NCBI GenBank assembly: GCA_963695545.1
Contig: OY968796.1
Coordinates: forward strand, 3,296,001 to 3,360,000
Length of the DNA: 64,000 nucleotides
Direction of reading: 5' to 3'
From: Terriglobia bacterium
Lineage (GTDB): Bacteria; Acidobacteriota; Terriglobia; Acidiferrales; UBA7541
The position numbers and the translations under genes were made by a program. Positions within the stretch are counted from its first letter, which is position 1. Each line of letters starts with the position of its first letter. The notes below the pieces were generated by a model. The model did no database searches, had not been told where the DNA came from, and saw only the letters and a list, made by a program, of their open reading frames with translations. Shown here one piece after another: positions 50,694-59,953 of this stretch.

Positions 50694-51302
50694 ATGACCG
50701 ATTTACCCGAAGGAAAAGCGGCAGACAGTCCGGCCAAACCCGCTTCTCCCGCCGTACCGGCCCCGACGCCGGCGGCAGCCGCGAAACCCGCGGCTAAGGC
50801 CGCCCCGAAGTCATACGAACCACCCGATAAAGGGCGTCGCCGTCTCATTTGGGCGCTGATTTGGAGCTATCTCGGGGTCAACCTTCTACTCTTTCTCAGA
50901 TTTTTCTTCCCGCGCGCATTGTATGAACCCAATACGGTCTTTTCGGTCGGCTACCCGTCCGACTTCTCGCTCGGTATCGACCAGCGCTTTTTGCTGACCA
51001 ACCGCATCTGGATCATCCGCGAGCCGGGCCGCATCTTTGTAATCTTTGCGCGCTGCACGCACCTTGGCTGCACTCCGGAATGGAAGCCTTCGGAAAATAA
51101 GTTCAAGTGCCCATGCCACGGCAGTGGTTACGACGCAGAAGGCATCAACTTTGAAGGCCCGGCGCCGCGCCCAATGGACCGCGCCAAAATGGAGCTCGAC
51201 GCCACGGGCAAGATCATCGTGGATACCAGCAAGCTTTATATGGATGACCCCCGAGCCGGCGTGAATCAATTTAACGACCCCGGGGCTTTTCTGAGCGTCT
51301 GA
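50694..51302 (+). CDS. Rieske 2Fe-2S protein of a Rieske/cytochrome b complex
   Basis: Tat-like GRRRL plus TM; CTHLGC, CPCHGSGY and GPAPRP motifs. Confidence 0.95.
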   Translation: MTDLPEGKAADSPAKPASPAVPAPTPAAAAKPAAKAAPKSYEPPDKGRRRLIWALIWSYLGVNLLLFLRFFFPRALYEPNTVFSVGYPSDFSLGIDQRFLLTNRIWIIREPGRIFVIFARCTHLGCTPEWKPSENKFKCPCHGSGYDAEGINFEGPAPRPMDRAKMELDATGKIIVDTSKLYMDDPRAGVNQFNDPGAFLSV

Positions 51303-51359
51303 CGGATTCGCGCGCCTCCGTAGGCGCGCGCGAGGCACCACCGAGTCGAGGGGGAGCGG

Positions 51360-52298
51360 ATGCCGGAAGACAACGGCGAACAGAAGAAGAGCGGGTTGCT
51401 CGATCGCGTCCGCAGCGACGTCAAGACGCTGAAGGAAACGGTCAAGGAAAAGGGCAAGGACGAAATCGCCGCGCTCAAAGAGCCGGAAAAAACCCAGCTC
51501 TACCGTTCCATCTTCCGCGTCAAGCACGACGAAGAGCCGCGCAATCGCGCGCTCTCCGTGCTCACCAACGTTTTCTTTCACCTGCATCCGGCCAAAGTCA
51601 ATCGCGACGCCACGAAATACAATTTCACTTGGGGCATGGGCGGAATCACTTTTTATCTGTTCGTCGTGCTCACGTTCACCGGCGTTCTGTTGATGTTCTA
51701 TTACCACCCGACGAAGGTGCAGGCATTCCGCGACATTCTCTATCTTGAGAACGACGTGCCCTTCGGCAAGTTGCTGCGCAACATGCATCGCTGGGCGGCG
51801 CACTTGATGATCATCGCCGTTTGGCTGCATATGTTTCGCGTGTTCCTCACCGGCTCCTACAAACGCCCGCGCGAATTCAATTGGTGCGTCGGCGTGCTGC
51901 TGATGGTTTTGACGATGCTGCTCTCGTTCACCGGCTACTTGCTGCCCGACGATCAACTGGGCTTCTGGGCCGTCACCGTGGGCACGAATATGGGCCGCGC
52001 CACGCCGCTGTTAGGCAGCGAAGGACCGTTCGGCGCGCAATTCGGCATGACGCCCTACAACGACATACGCTTTGCGCTGCTCGGTGGCTCGATCGTCGAT
52101 GCCAACGCGCTGCTGCGCGCCTACATCTGGCATTGCATCGCGATCCCGCTGATCGCCGCGATTTTGATGGCCGTGCACTTCTGGCGCGTGCGCAAGGATG
52201 GCGGCATTTCGGGTCCCGCGCCCGTGATGCTCGAATCGGAAATCAAGGAAGAAAAAAAGCCGCGGCCCGTGATCTTGCGGCCCAGCGGAACGCAGTAG
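51360..52298 (+). CDS. Cytochrome b, N-terminal (b6-like) subunit
   Basis: GGITF, TG..LMFYY.P, RNMHRWAAH...LHMFR, PREFNW, TGYLLP and the H-x14-H pair. Confidence 0.93.
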   Translation: MPEDNGEQKKSGLLDRVRSDVKTLKETVKEKGKDEIAALKEPEKTQLYRSIFRVKHDEEPRNRALSVLTNVFFHLHPAKVNRDATKYNFTWGMGGITFYLFVVLTFTGVLLMFYYHPTKVQAFRDILYLENDVPFGKLLRNMHRWAAHLMIIAVWLHMFRVFLTGSYKRPREFNWCVGVLLMVLTMLLSFTGYLLPDDQLGFWAVTVGTNMGRATPLLGSEGPFGAQFGMTPYNDIRFALLGGSIVDANALLRAYIWHCIAIPLIAAILMAVHFWRVRKDGGISGPAPVMLESEIKEEKKPRPVILRPSGTQ

Positions 52299-52383
52299 CG
52301 AGCGTACTGAGTACGGGTGTGGGCTCCAGTTGGAGTCCGCAAAAATGTGATAGGGAATTGCCGGACCAGCTCCAGGGGGACGG

Positions 52384-53367
52384 ATGAATTTTCACCAGAT
52401 TTGGGAGATCGCGTCGTCGCCGGACAACGTGCCGATCGTGGCACTGCTGTTTCTCGTGCCGTTCTATTGCTGGTACGCGTTTCGGCAAGCCTTCGCCAAC
52501 GACCGCCTGATCGAAAAGCTCGAAGCCGACCCCGCCGCCGCGAAAACGGCTCATCGCAAGACGCAGCCCTGGAACCCGAAGTGGGAACGCGAGGTCCACA
52601 CTTGGCCCTACCTGATGCGCATGGAACTCGTCGCCGCGATTCTGGTGACCGCGCTCTTGATGGTGTGGTCCATCACGCTGAATGCGCCGCTTGAAGAGCC
52701 ATCGAATCCAAACGTCACCATGAATCCCGCGAAAGCGCCGTGGTATTTCCTGGGCCTTCAGGAAATGCTGGTTTATTTCGATCCCTGGATTGCCGGCGTG
52801 GTCATGCCCACGCTGATCATCGGCGGCCTGCTGGTGATCCCGTATATCGACGAGAATCCCCTGGGCAACGGCTATTACACGTACAAGCAGCGCAAGTTCG
52901 CCATCTGGACGTTCCTCTTCGGCTTCATCGGTTTATGGGTCCTTATGATTACCATCGGCACATTCATCAGAGGACCCGGTTGGATGTGGTTCTGGCCCGG
53001 CCAGACCTGGGACGCTAGCCGTGTCGAATTTGCGGTCAATCGAAACCTCGATCAGGTTTTCGGCATTGACGGCTCTTGGACGGCGTTTCTGCTTCCCGCC
53101 GCGCACAAAGCCTACGCGCCTATTCTCGCGCGAATTATTTTCGGCATTTTTCCGTTGATTCTGTATTTCCTGGTCGCTGGATACGCAGTGTTCCGGCTGA
53201 TGACCTGGACGGATTTCTCGCGGAAAATTTTCAAGCGCATGACGCTGCTTCAGATCGTCACCGCTAACGTGGTTTTGGTGTTCATGCTCAGTTTGCCGAT
53301 CAAAATTCTGCTGCGCCTGTTGCTGCGCATTAAGTACGTCTGGGTGACGCCATGGTTCAGCATCTAG
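52384..53367 (+). CDS. Cytochrome b C-terminal/subunit IV-like protein (extended)
   Basis: TWP, APLEEPSNP, NPAKAPWYFLGLQE (PEWY equivalent) and PYID motifs; extra TM helices. Confidence 0.85.
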   Translation: MNFHQIWEIASSPDNVPIVALLFLVPFYCWYAFRQAFANDRLIEKLEADPAAAKTAHRKTQPWNPKWEREVHTWPYLMRMELVAAILVTALLMVWSITLNAPLEEPSNPNVTMNPAKAPWYFLGLQEMLVYFDPWIAGVVMPTLIIGGLLVIPYIDENPLGNGYYTYKQRKFAIWTFLFGFIGLWVLMITIGTFIRGPGWMWFWPGQTWDASRVEFAVNRNLDQVFGIDGSWTAFLLPAAHKAYAPILARIIFGIFPLILYFLVAGYAVFRLMTWTDFSRKIFKRMTLLQIVTANVVLVFMLSLPIKILLRLLLRIKYVWVTPWFSI

Positions 53368-53409
53368 CCATTCGCGCGCCGCGCGCAATTTCGATAAGGG
53401 AGACTCGGA

Positions 53410-56400
53410 TTGCCTGACATTCCTCCACCGGCTCCTGATCCGGCCGCCCCGCCGCCGGACGATCCCATCACCACTCGGCCTCTCGCGCCGCTGATTCTGA
53501 TTTCCATGTTCGTCTTGATGCTGACGGTAACCTGGTCGCTCTACGACGAATTCTTCGGCCTGCGTCCTTGGCGCGATTATCAATCGCGATTTGTCGCGGC
53601 CTACGTTCCTTATCTCGAGTCGCAGAAGTCGGCGCGCATGAAAGAAGAAGCCGCGCTCTACGCCACGCCGGAATATCAACGGCTCAAGGCCGCCGCTGAC
53701 GCCGCCTCCGAGGCCGTTGCTCCGCTCGATCATCAAAACACTCTTGACGTGGATCTTCTCGATCAGCAGCGCGCCGCGATGACCCCCGCCTTCCAAACCT
53801 CGCGCGGTTTGGTCGGCTCGCTCACCTATCAGCTCGAGCAAATCCCGGAATCCGACAAGAGCGCCAAGGAATCGAAGCTCAAGGATTTGAACGATGCCAC
53901 GGCCAAGACGTTCGACGTTGCTTGGCCCGTCTCCGCCACCGAGATTCAGCACCGGCAAATGAATTACACCCAGCTCAATCAAACCTTTACGGACTTGATG
54001 GCCGCCAAAGCCGCCAAAATCGCCGCCCGCGGCGACGCCGATCAATCGATGAAAGACGCCCAGGCGGCACTCGCGGATTTCGTGAAAACGAAATTGCCCG
54101 GCCTCGGCTCCGCCGATCTTGAAGGCCTCATCAACAGTGTCAGCGACATGGATATCCACCTGCGCCAGATCAACGTCAATCCCGCAGGCACGCAGCTCAA
54201 TTATCTTGGCGGCGCGGGGCTCGTCGATCGCTGCCAATCCTGCCACGTGGGCATCGACCCGCTTATCGTGCCCGTCACCATGACGTTGACCAAGGCCGAT
54301 TTAGGCCTCCAGCACAGCGATGACGCACCCTTCGCCAGCCATCCTGATCCGGATCTGCTGAAGTATCACCCACTTGAAAAATTCGGCTGCTCGCCGTGTC
54401 ACGGCGGCAATGGCCGCGCGCTCGACACCGTCGAGAAAGCTCACGGTCGTTACGAGCACTGGCTCTGGCCCCTCTACTATCCGGAAAACGAGGAAGCGGG
54501 CTGCCAGCAATGCCACGCATTAGATATGGTCACTGAGCACGGCCCCGTGATTACGCGCGCCCGCGAACTCTATCGCATCAAAGGCTGCATCGGGTGCCAT
54601 CTCTATCAGGGCTTCGACAATCAGGATGAACAACTCGTCTCTACGCGCCAGCAGATTTTGCAGCTCGCCGCGGACAAAGAAGCCGACCAGTTGCGGATCG
54701 GCCAGCTCAACAAAATGGGCGACGCCGCCACTTCCAACGACGCCGCGAACGCCCTTTATCAGCAGGCCACCAACCTCACTTTGACGATCAGCCGCATGGA
54801 CGCGCAGTCGGAGCAACTCGAAGATTTCTCCGCCAACTTGCTCAGAGACGTCAAGAAGGTCGGCCCGGATCTAAAAGAAGTCCGCGTGAAGTTGCGCCCC
54901 GAATGGATTCCATATTGGATCGGTCACACGCGCGAATTCCGTCCCACCACGAAAATGCCGCAGTTCCGCTTGCAGCAGGACGAAATCGAAGCCATCGCCG
55001 CGTTCATCTGGCAATCCGGCATCGAGGGCCCCGCGTTGCCCACGCAGGCCCCCGGCGATCCGGCGAAGGGGAAAATAGCGCTTGAAACGCGCGGTTGCCT
55101 CGCCTGCCATTCCATCGGCGAAGGGTCGCAGATGATCGGCGGAGATTTCGCCGCGAATCTCAGCCGCATCGGCGAAAAAGAAAACTACGATTATCTGGTC
55201 CGCTGGATTCACAATCCGCGCGATCGCACGCGCCCCTACGATCCCTACGTGCATCGCGATCTTGGGCCCGAAGATTATGCGAAGGCCGGTCTGCCGTTTG
55301 TCTTCGATCTTGATCATTCGCGCAGTCCCGTCGATGGGCACGAACTCGTCGTCGAGCAGCCCACCATCATGCCCAGTCTTCGTCTGTCATGGGATGAATC
55401 GCGCGACATCGCCAGCTACTTGATGACTCAGAAGCACGCCGACGCCAGCTATCCGCCCGCGCCCTATCTCAACGATCCGAATCTCAAGGCCAAGGGTTTG
55501 GCGCTCGTGAAGCACTACGGTTGCGCCGGCTGCCACGAAATTTCCGGTCTCGAAGAAGAAGGCCGCATCGGTACCGAACTTACGAATGAAGGCAGCAAGC
55601 CGATCGAGCGCCTCGATTTCGCGCTCTTCACCGAAGACGCCAAAGAGGGCGTCCTGCCCGACGGGAAAGAATCCCCGCGTGGCGCTTGGTATGACCTCAA
55701 GGGTTTCTTCGAGCAGAAGCTCGCCGATCCAGCCGTCTTCGATCGCGGCAAATACAAACCCGATCCGATGGATCGCTTGCGCATGCCCAAGCCGAATCTC
55801 ACCTCCGACGATGTCAACAAGTTGACCACGCTCCTGCTCGGCTCCGTCGATCCGGCGCTGCCGCCTCAATATATGTACACGCCGGCCGATCAGCGCGCCG
55901 CGATCCAAAAGGGCTGGTGGCTGGTCACCAAATACAACTGCATCGGCTGCCATCAGATCGACGTCGGCCAAAGCTCCGTTCTCATGGGCCTTCCGCAGTA
56001 TCAGGGCGACAACAAAGCCAATTTGCCGCCTGAGCTCGTCACGGAAGGCGCGCGCGTGAATCCCGAATGGCTCAAAGGTTTTCTCGCGAACCCGGCGCTC
56101 AGCGACACAGACACCGATCGCGACGGCGTGCGCTCGTATCTGCAGGTGCGCATGCCCACTTTCTTTCTCTCCGACGACGAGATCCGCACGCTCGTTCTAT
56201 TTTTCGAGGCGCTCTCCAGTCAGCAGCAGCCGTTCATTCCTCCGCATCTAGAGCCGCTGACGACCGCCGAAGTCGGCATGGCGCGCGATTTGTTCACCAG
56301 CCCCGCTGCGCCTTGCCTGAAATGCCACATGACCGGCAACGCCGCGCACGACAAGACCGCCATCGCGCCCGATTTTCTCCTCGCGAAGGATCGCCTGCGT

Positions 56401-56658
56401 CCCGCGTGGGTCGAACGTTGGATCACCGACCCCGCGCTCATCGCTCCCGGCACAGCTATGCCTTCGGGTCTTTTCCATCAGGAAGATGGCCGCTGGGTAT
56501 TCTCCGGTCCTGTGCCGCCCGCGATGCACGCCTACGAAGGCGACAACGCCGACCTGCTCGTGCGCTATATGTTTGAGCTAACGCCTGCGGAGGAGCACGC
56601 CTTACTCGGCCGCACGCCTTCAGGCGGAGGCGGCGGAAGCGGAGGAGCAGGGAAGTAG
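53410..56658 (+). CDS. Membrane-anchored octaheme cytochrome c
   Basis: Eight CxxCH motifs (CQSCH, CSPCH, CQQCH, CIGCH, CLACH, CAGCH, CIGCH, CLKCH); N-terminal TM and coiled coils; TTG start. Confidence 0.93.
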   Translation: MPDIPPPAPDPAAPPPDDPITTRPLAPLILISMFVLMLTVTWSLYDEFFGLRPWRDYQSRFVAAYVPYLESQKSARMKEEAALYATPEYQRLKAAADAASEAVAPLDHQNTLDVDLLDQQRAAMTPAFQTSRGLVGSLTYQLEQIPESDKSAKESKLKDLNDATAKTFDVAWPVSATEIQHRQMNYTQLNQTFTDLMAAKAAKIAARGDADQSMKDAQAALADFVKTKLPGLGSADLEGLINSVSDMDIHLRQINVNPAGTQLNYLGGAGLVDRCQSCHVGIDPLIVPVTMTLTKADLGLQHSDDAPFASHPDPDLLKYHPLEKFGCSPCHGGNGRALDTVEKAHGRYEHWLWPLYYPENEEAGCQQCHALDMVTEHGPVITRARELYRIKGCIGCHLYQGFDNQDEQLVSTRQQILQLAADKEADQLRIGQLNKMGDAATSNDAANALYQQATNLTLTISRMDAQSEQLEDFSANLLRDVKKVGPDLKEVRVKLRPEWIPYWIGHTREFRPTTKMPQFRLQQDEIEAIAAFIWQSGIEGPALPTQAPGDPAKGKIALETRGCLACHSIGEGSQMIGGDFAANLSRIGEKENYDYLVRWIHNPRDRTRPYDPYVHRDLGPEDYAKAGLPFVFDLDHSRSPVDGHELVVEQPTIMPSLRLSWDESRDIASYLMTQKHADASYPPAPYLNDPNLKAKGLALVKHYGCAGCHEISGLEEEGRIGTELTNEGSKPIERLDFALFTEDAKEGVLPDGKESPRGAWYDLKGFFEQKLADPAVFDRGKYKPDPMDRLRMPKPNLTSDDVNKLTTLLLGSVDPALPPQYMYTPADQRAAIQKGWWLVTKYNCIGCHQIDVGQSSVLMGLPQYQGDNKANLPPELVTEGARVNPEWLKGFLANPALSDTDTDRDGVRSYLQVRMPTFFLSDDEIRTLVLFFEALSSQQQPFIPPHLEPLTTAEVGMARDLFTSPAAPCLKCHMTGNAAHDKTAIAPDFLLAKDRLRPAWVERWITDPALIAPGTAMPSGLFHQEDGRWVFSGPVPPAMHAYEGDNADLLVRYMFELTPAEEHALLGRTPSGGGGGSGGAGK

Positions 56659-56769
56659 CGTCCGCCGGCGCGACCGGGCTAAATCGAGAAACAAGACGTG
56701 ACACACGACATTGAAGATTGAAGTAAGATAACGCGCAGTACAGGATCAACAGGAGGCAAGTCGCTCGCC

Positions 56770-57579
56770 ATGAATCGCAAATATCAGTTGTCTTTGTTAA
56801 TTGCAGCCGCTCTCGTTTTCGCCGCCGCCGGCTGCGGCAATAAATCCAGCAGCGAATCCGGCTCGGAATCGAGTTCCACATCCGCGCCCGCCGCACCCGC
56901 CGGCAAGACCGTCGATCCGACCACTGCCGGTGAGATTTCCGGCATGGTGACTCTCGACGGCACGCCGCCGAAAATGAAGCCCATCAACATGTCGCAGGAA
57001 GCCGCTTGCGCCAATCAGCATCCCACGCCGGCCTTGAGCGAAGAAGTCGTCACCGGCGACAAGGGCGCGCTGGCCAACGTCATCGTCTACGTCACCTCGG
57101 GAGCCGAAGATTATTCCTTCCCGACGCCTTCCGATCCCGTCGAAATCGATCAGAAGGGTTGCCAATATCATCCGCACGTTCTTGGCTTACAAGCTGGCCA
57201 GCCATTGTCCGTCGTGAATAGCGATCCCACCACGCACAACATTCATCCCGGCCCCAAGGACAATCGCGAATGGAACGAGTCCCAGCCGCCCGGCTCCGCG
57301 CCGATCACCCAGAGTTTCGCGCGCCCCGAAGTGCCGATCCCGGTGAAGTGCAACATTCACCCGTGGATGAAGGCCTACATCGGCGTGTTCGCCAACCCGT
57401 ATTTCCAGGTGACCGGCAAAGACGGCGCCTTCGATCTCAAGGATTTGCCGCCCGGCACCTACACGATCGTCGCCTGGCAGGAGCTGTATGGCGCAAGCGA
57501 CCCACAGACCGTAACCATTGGCCCCAAGGAAACGAAGACGGTCAACTTCGTCTTTAAAGCCACGGCCGCCGGAGACTGA
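56770..57579 (+). CDS. Lipoprotein with cupredoxin-like domain (putative type 1 copper protein)
   Basis: Lipobox AAAGC; THNIH and CNIHPWM motifs; C-terminal 'DLPPGTYTIVAW' beta-sandwich. Confidence 0.75.
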   Translation: MNRKYQLSLLIAAALVFAAAGCGNKSSSESGSESSSTSAPAAPAGKTVDPTTAGEISGMVTLDGTPPKMKPINMSQEAACANQHPTPALSEEVVTGDKGALANVIVYVTSGAEDYSFPTPSDPVEIDQKGCQYHPHVLGLQAGQPLSVVNSDPTTHNIHPGPKDNREWNESQPPGSAPITQSFARPEVPIPVKCNIHPWMKAYIGVFANPYFQVTGKDGAFDLKDLPPGTYTIVAWQELYGASDPQTVTIGPKETKTVNFVFKATAAGD

Positions 57580-57704
57580 ACGCCCAAACTACGCCGGCGC
57601 GGCCCGAACGCACCAGAACGCCAAAGCCGTGCGGAGCGACGCTCAAACCAACCGCTCCGCACGGCTTTATTTATGAAAGCAGATTCGCTACTCTGTGATT
57701 TGAC

Positions 57705-58637
57705 GTGACCACCCAATCCCAACCGGCCCTGCACCGTTTCGCCGTCTTCACGGCGTGCTGTACGTTCGCGTTGCTCATCGCCGGCGCGCTCGTCACCTCC
57801 AACGACGCAGGCCTCTCCGTTCCCGATTGGCCGCTGGCCTACGGTAGATTGGTGCCGCCAATGTTAGTGGGCGGAATCGTTTACGAATACAGCCATCGCG
57901 TCATCGCCACGTTCGTCGGCACGCTAACCGTCATCTTGGCCGTGTGGCTGTTGCTCCGCGAACCGCGCCGATGGGTTCGCTGGGTCGGTGGCGCCGCGCT
58001 CGGCGCGGTGGTGGCGCAGGGTTTGCTCGGCGGCATGACCGTTCTTTTCTTCCAGCCGCCCGCTGTTTCGACGGCTCACGCCACGCTCGCGCAGATTTTC
58101 TTTTGCACGCTCGTCAGTCTCGTTGTCTTCACCGGAAGCTGGTGGCAAAGCGATTTGCCTGCGATCGAATCTGTCGACGCCGCGCGCATCGAATCCCTCG
58201 CGCATTGGACCGTCGCCGCCGTATTTCTGCAATTGATCCTCGGCGCCGCGTTCCGTCATCGTGCATTCGGTTTGGTGCCGCACCTGATCGGCGCGGTGGT
58301 CGTGCTGCTTCTGATCTTCCGCCTCGCGGGCACGCTGAAACGCGAGTTCCCAAACTCGCGCGTGTTGCGCGGCTGCGCCCGCGCGCTGCATATCCTGATC
58401 GGCGTGCAATTGCTTCTCGGCGGAGCCTCGTGGTGGGCCCTTGGCTACGCCGCATCGTTTCCGCAGCCCGTTCTCATCACCGTTGTTTTGACGGTCGCGC
58501 ACGTGGTCACCGGCGCCCTGGTCCTCGCCGCCACCGTCGTCACCACGCTCATTTGCCATCGCCTGTTGCGCCCCCTCGCGCAGAGCGCCGTCGCGCACAC
58601 CGAGCCGGTATCCGTCGGCACGGAGCAAACCGCATGA
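57705..58637 (+). CDS. ctaA: Heme A synthase (CtaA/Cox15)
   Basis: GLSVPDWP, EYSHR, QGLLGG and further conserved His residues; 8 TM helices. Confidence 0.85.
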   Translation: MTTQSQPALHRFAVFTACCTFALLIAGALVTSNDAGLSVPDWPLAYGRLVPPMLVGGIVYEYSHRVIATFVGTLTVILAVWLLLREPRRWVRWVGGAALGAVVAQGLLGGMTVLFFQPPAVSTAHATLAQIFFCTLVSLVVFTGSWWQSDLPAIESVDAARIESLAHWTVAAVFLQLILGAAFRHRAFGLVPHLIGAVVVLLLIFRLAGTLKREFPNSRVLRGCARALHILIGVQLLLGGASWWALGYAASFPQPVLITVVLTVAHVVTGALVLAATVVTTLICHRLLRPLAQSAVAHTEPVSVGTEQTA

Positions 58638-59527
58638 GCACTGTCCGCGCCGTTCCGGCCGCCGGGCTCTCGCGCCCCGCGGCCTACTATTCGCTCACCA
58701 AACCCGACGTCTCGCTTCTCGTCGTGCTCACCACGCTCGGCGGTTACGCCCTCGGTTCGCGCGGTCCGATGGATTGGCTACGCATGGCCCACACCGTCTT
58801 CGGCACGCTTCTCGTCGCCGCCGGCACCTCCGCGCTCAATCATTACATCGAGCGCGAGTCCGACGCTCACATGCGCCGCACCGCCGGACGGCCGCTGCCT
58901 TCAGGTGCTCTGCGCCCCCCCGAAGCCCTGGCCTTCGGCGCCGCGCTCCTCGCCGCGGGTGGTCTGTATCTGATTTTGGCGACAAATGCGCTCGCCACAT
59001 TCGTCGCGCTAGCCGCCTCCGCCAGCTATCTCCTGATCTATACGCCGCTCAAATCCCGCACCACCTGGGCCACGCTTATCGGTGGTTTCCCCGGCGCCGC
59101 GCCGCCGCTCGTCGGTTGGGCGGCCGCGCGAGGAAGTCTCGATCGCGACGCTTGGATTCTTTTCGCCATCGCGTTCCTCTGGCAGATCCCGCACTTCCAC
59201 GCCATCGCCTGGATTTACCGCGAGGATTACGCGCGCGCCGGCATCAAAATGTTGCCCGTCGTCGATCGCGCCGGCACCCGAACCTTTCGCCAGATTTTAC
59301 TCGCCGCCGCCGTGCTCATCCCCGTTAGTCTTTTGCCCGCAGTCACTGGCCTTGCCAGCGTGCGCTACTTTTTTGGCGCCGGCGTCGTCGGCATTCTTGT
59401 CGTGGCCCTTTGCCTGTGGGCCGCGGCCGAAAAAACCAATCTCCGCGCCAAATGGCTGATGCACGCAACCGTCGTGCAGCTGCCCGTTTTGCTCGCTCTG
59501 CTTTGGTGGGACAAAATTCCGCACTGA
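58634..59527 (+). CDS. ctaB: Protoheme IX farnesyltransferase (heme O synthase)
   Basis: LTKP, N...ERESD..MRRT..RPLPSG, YTPLK, WQIPHF and DYARAG motifs. Confidence 0.94.
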   Translation: MSTVRAVPAAGLSRPAAYYSLTKPDVSLLVVLTTLGGYALGSRGPMDWLRMAHTVFGTLLVAAGTSALNHYIERESDAHMRRTAGRPLPSGALRPPEALAFGAALLAAGGLYLILATNALATFVALAASASYLLIYTPLKSRTTWATLIGGFPGAAPPLVGWAAARGSLDRDAWILFAIAFLWQIPHFHAIAWIYREDYARAGIKMLPVVDRAGTRTFRQILLAAAVLIPVSLLPAVTGLASVRYFFGAGVVGILVVALCLWAAAEKTNLRAKWLMHATVVQLPVLLALLWWDKIPH

Positions 59528-59541
59528 GGTCGCCAATCGAT

Positions 59542-59817
59542 ATGGCTGAAAAATCCGACACGAAGGAAAAGATGAGCACCGGAGAATTGCTCGAGCTGCT
59601 CGGAATGAGCCTGGTCATCGTGCTGCTGGCCGTCGCCGGCCTCGCATCCGATTTCCTCACGCATCTGCTCAGCTCGATGGATGGCCTCCTGCTCTTCATG
59701 ATCTGCCTGTTGATGGGCGGAGTCTTCTCGCTGATGCTCTTGATGTACGCGAACGACGCCGGATGGCTCCCCAAGCGCCGCCGCAAATCGCCGGACGCCG
59801 CGGCCGAATCGAAGTAG
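59542..59817 (+). CDS. Small two-TM membrane protein
   Basis: GAGG RBS, ATG 59542, two hydrophobic helices, basic tail. Confidence 0.6.
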   Translation: MAEKSDTKEKMSTGELLELLGMSLVIVLLAVAGLASDFLTHLLSSMDGLLLFMICLLMGGVFSLMLLMYANDAGWLPKRRRKSPDAAAESK

Positions 59818-59828
59818 CCGCCGGGCCT

Positions 59829-59928
59829 CGCGGAGCGCATTGCTTTACCGGTCTGCGCGGAGCGCATTGCTTCACCGGCCTGCGCGGAGCGCATTGCTTT
59901 ACCGGTCTGCGCGGAGCGCATTGCTTTA
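59829..59928. repeat. 27-bp tandem repeat, about 3.7 copies
   Basis: CGCGGAGCGCATTGCTTYACCGGYCTG starting at 59829, 59856, 59883 and 59910. Confidence 0.95.
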
Positions 59929-59953
59929 AAGGACCTGACAGGAGATCCAGACC

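Noticed and set aside
53410..56658. Hydroxylamine oxidoreductase or octaheme nitrite reductase
   Set aside because: Heme spacing and repeated distal MP motifs indicate class I electron-transfer domains; no CxxCK motif
59829..59928. CRISPR array
   Set aside because: Copies abut with no unique spacers, and no cas genes are present
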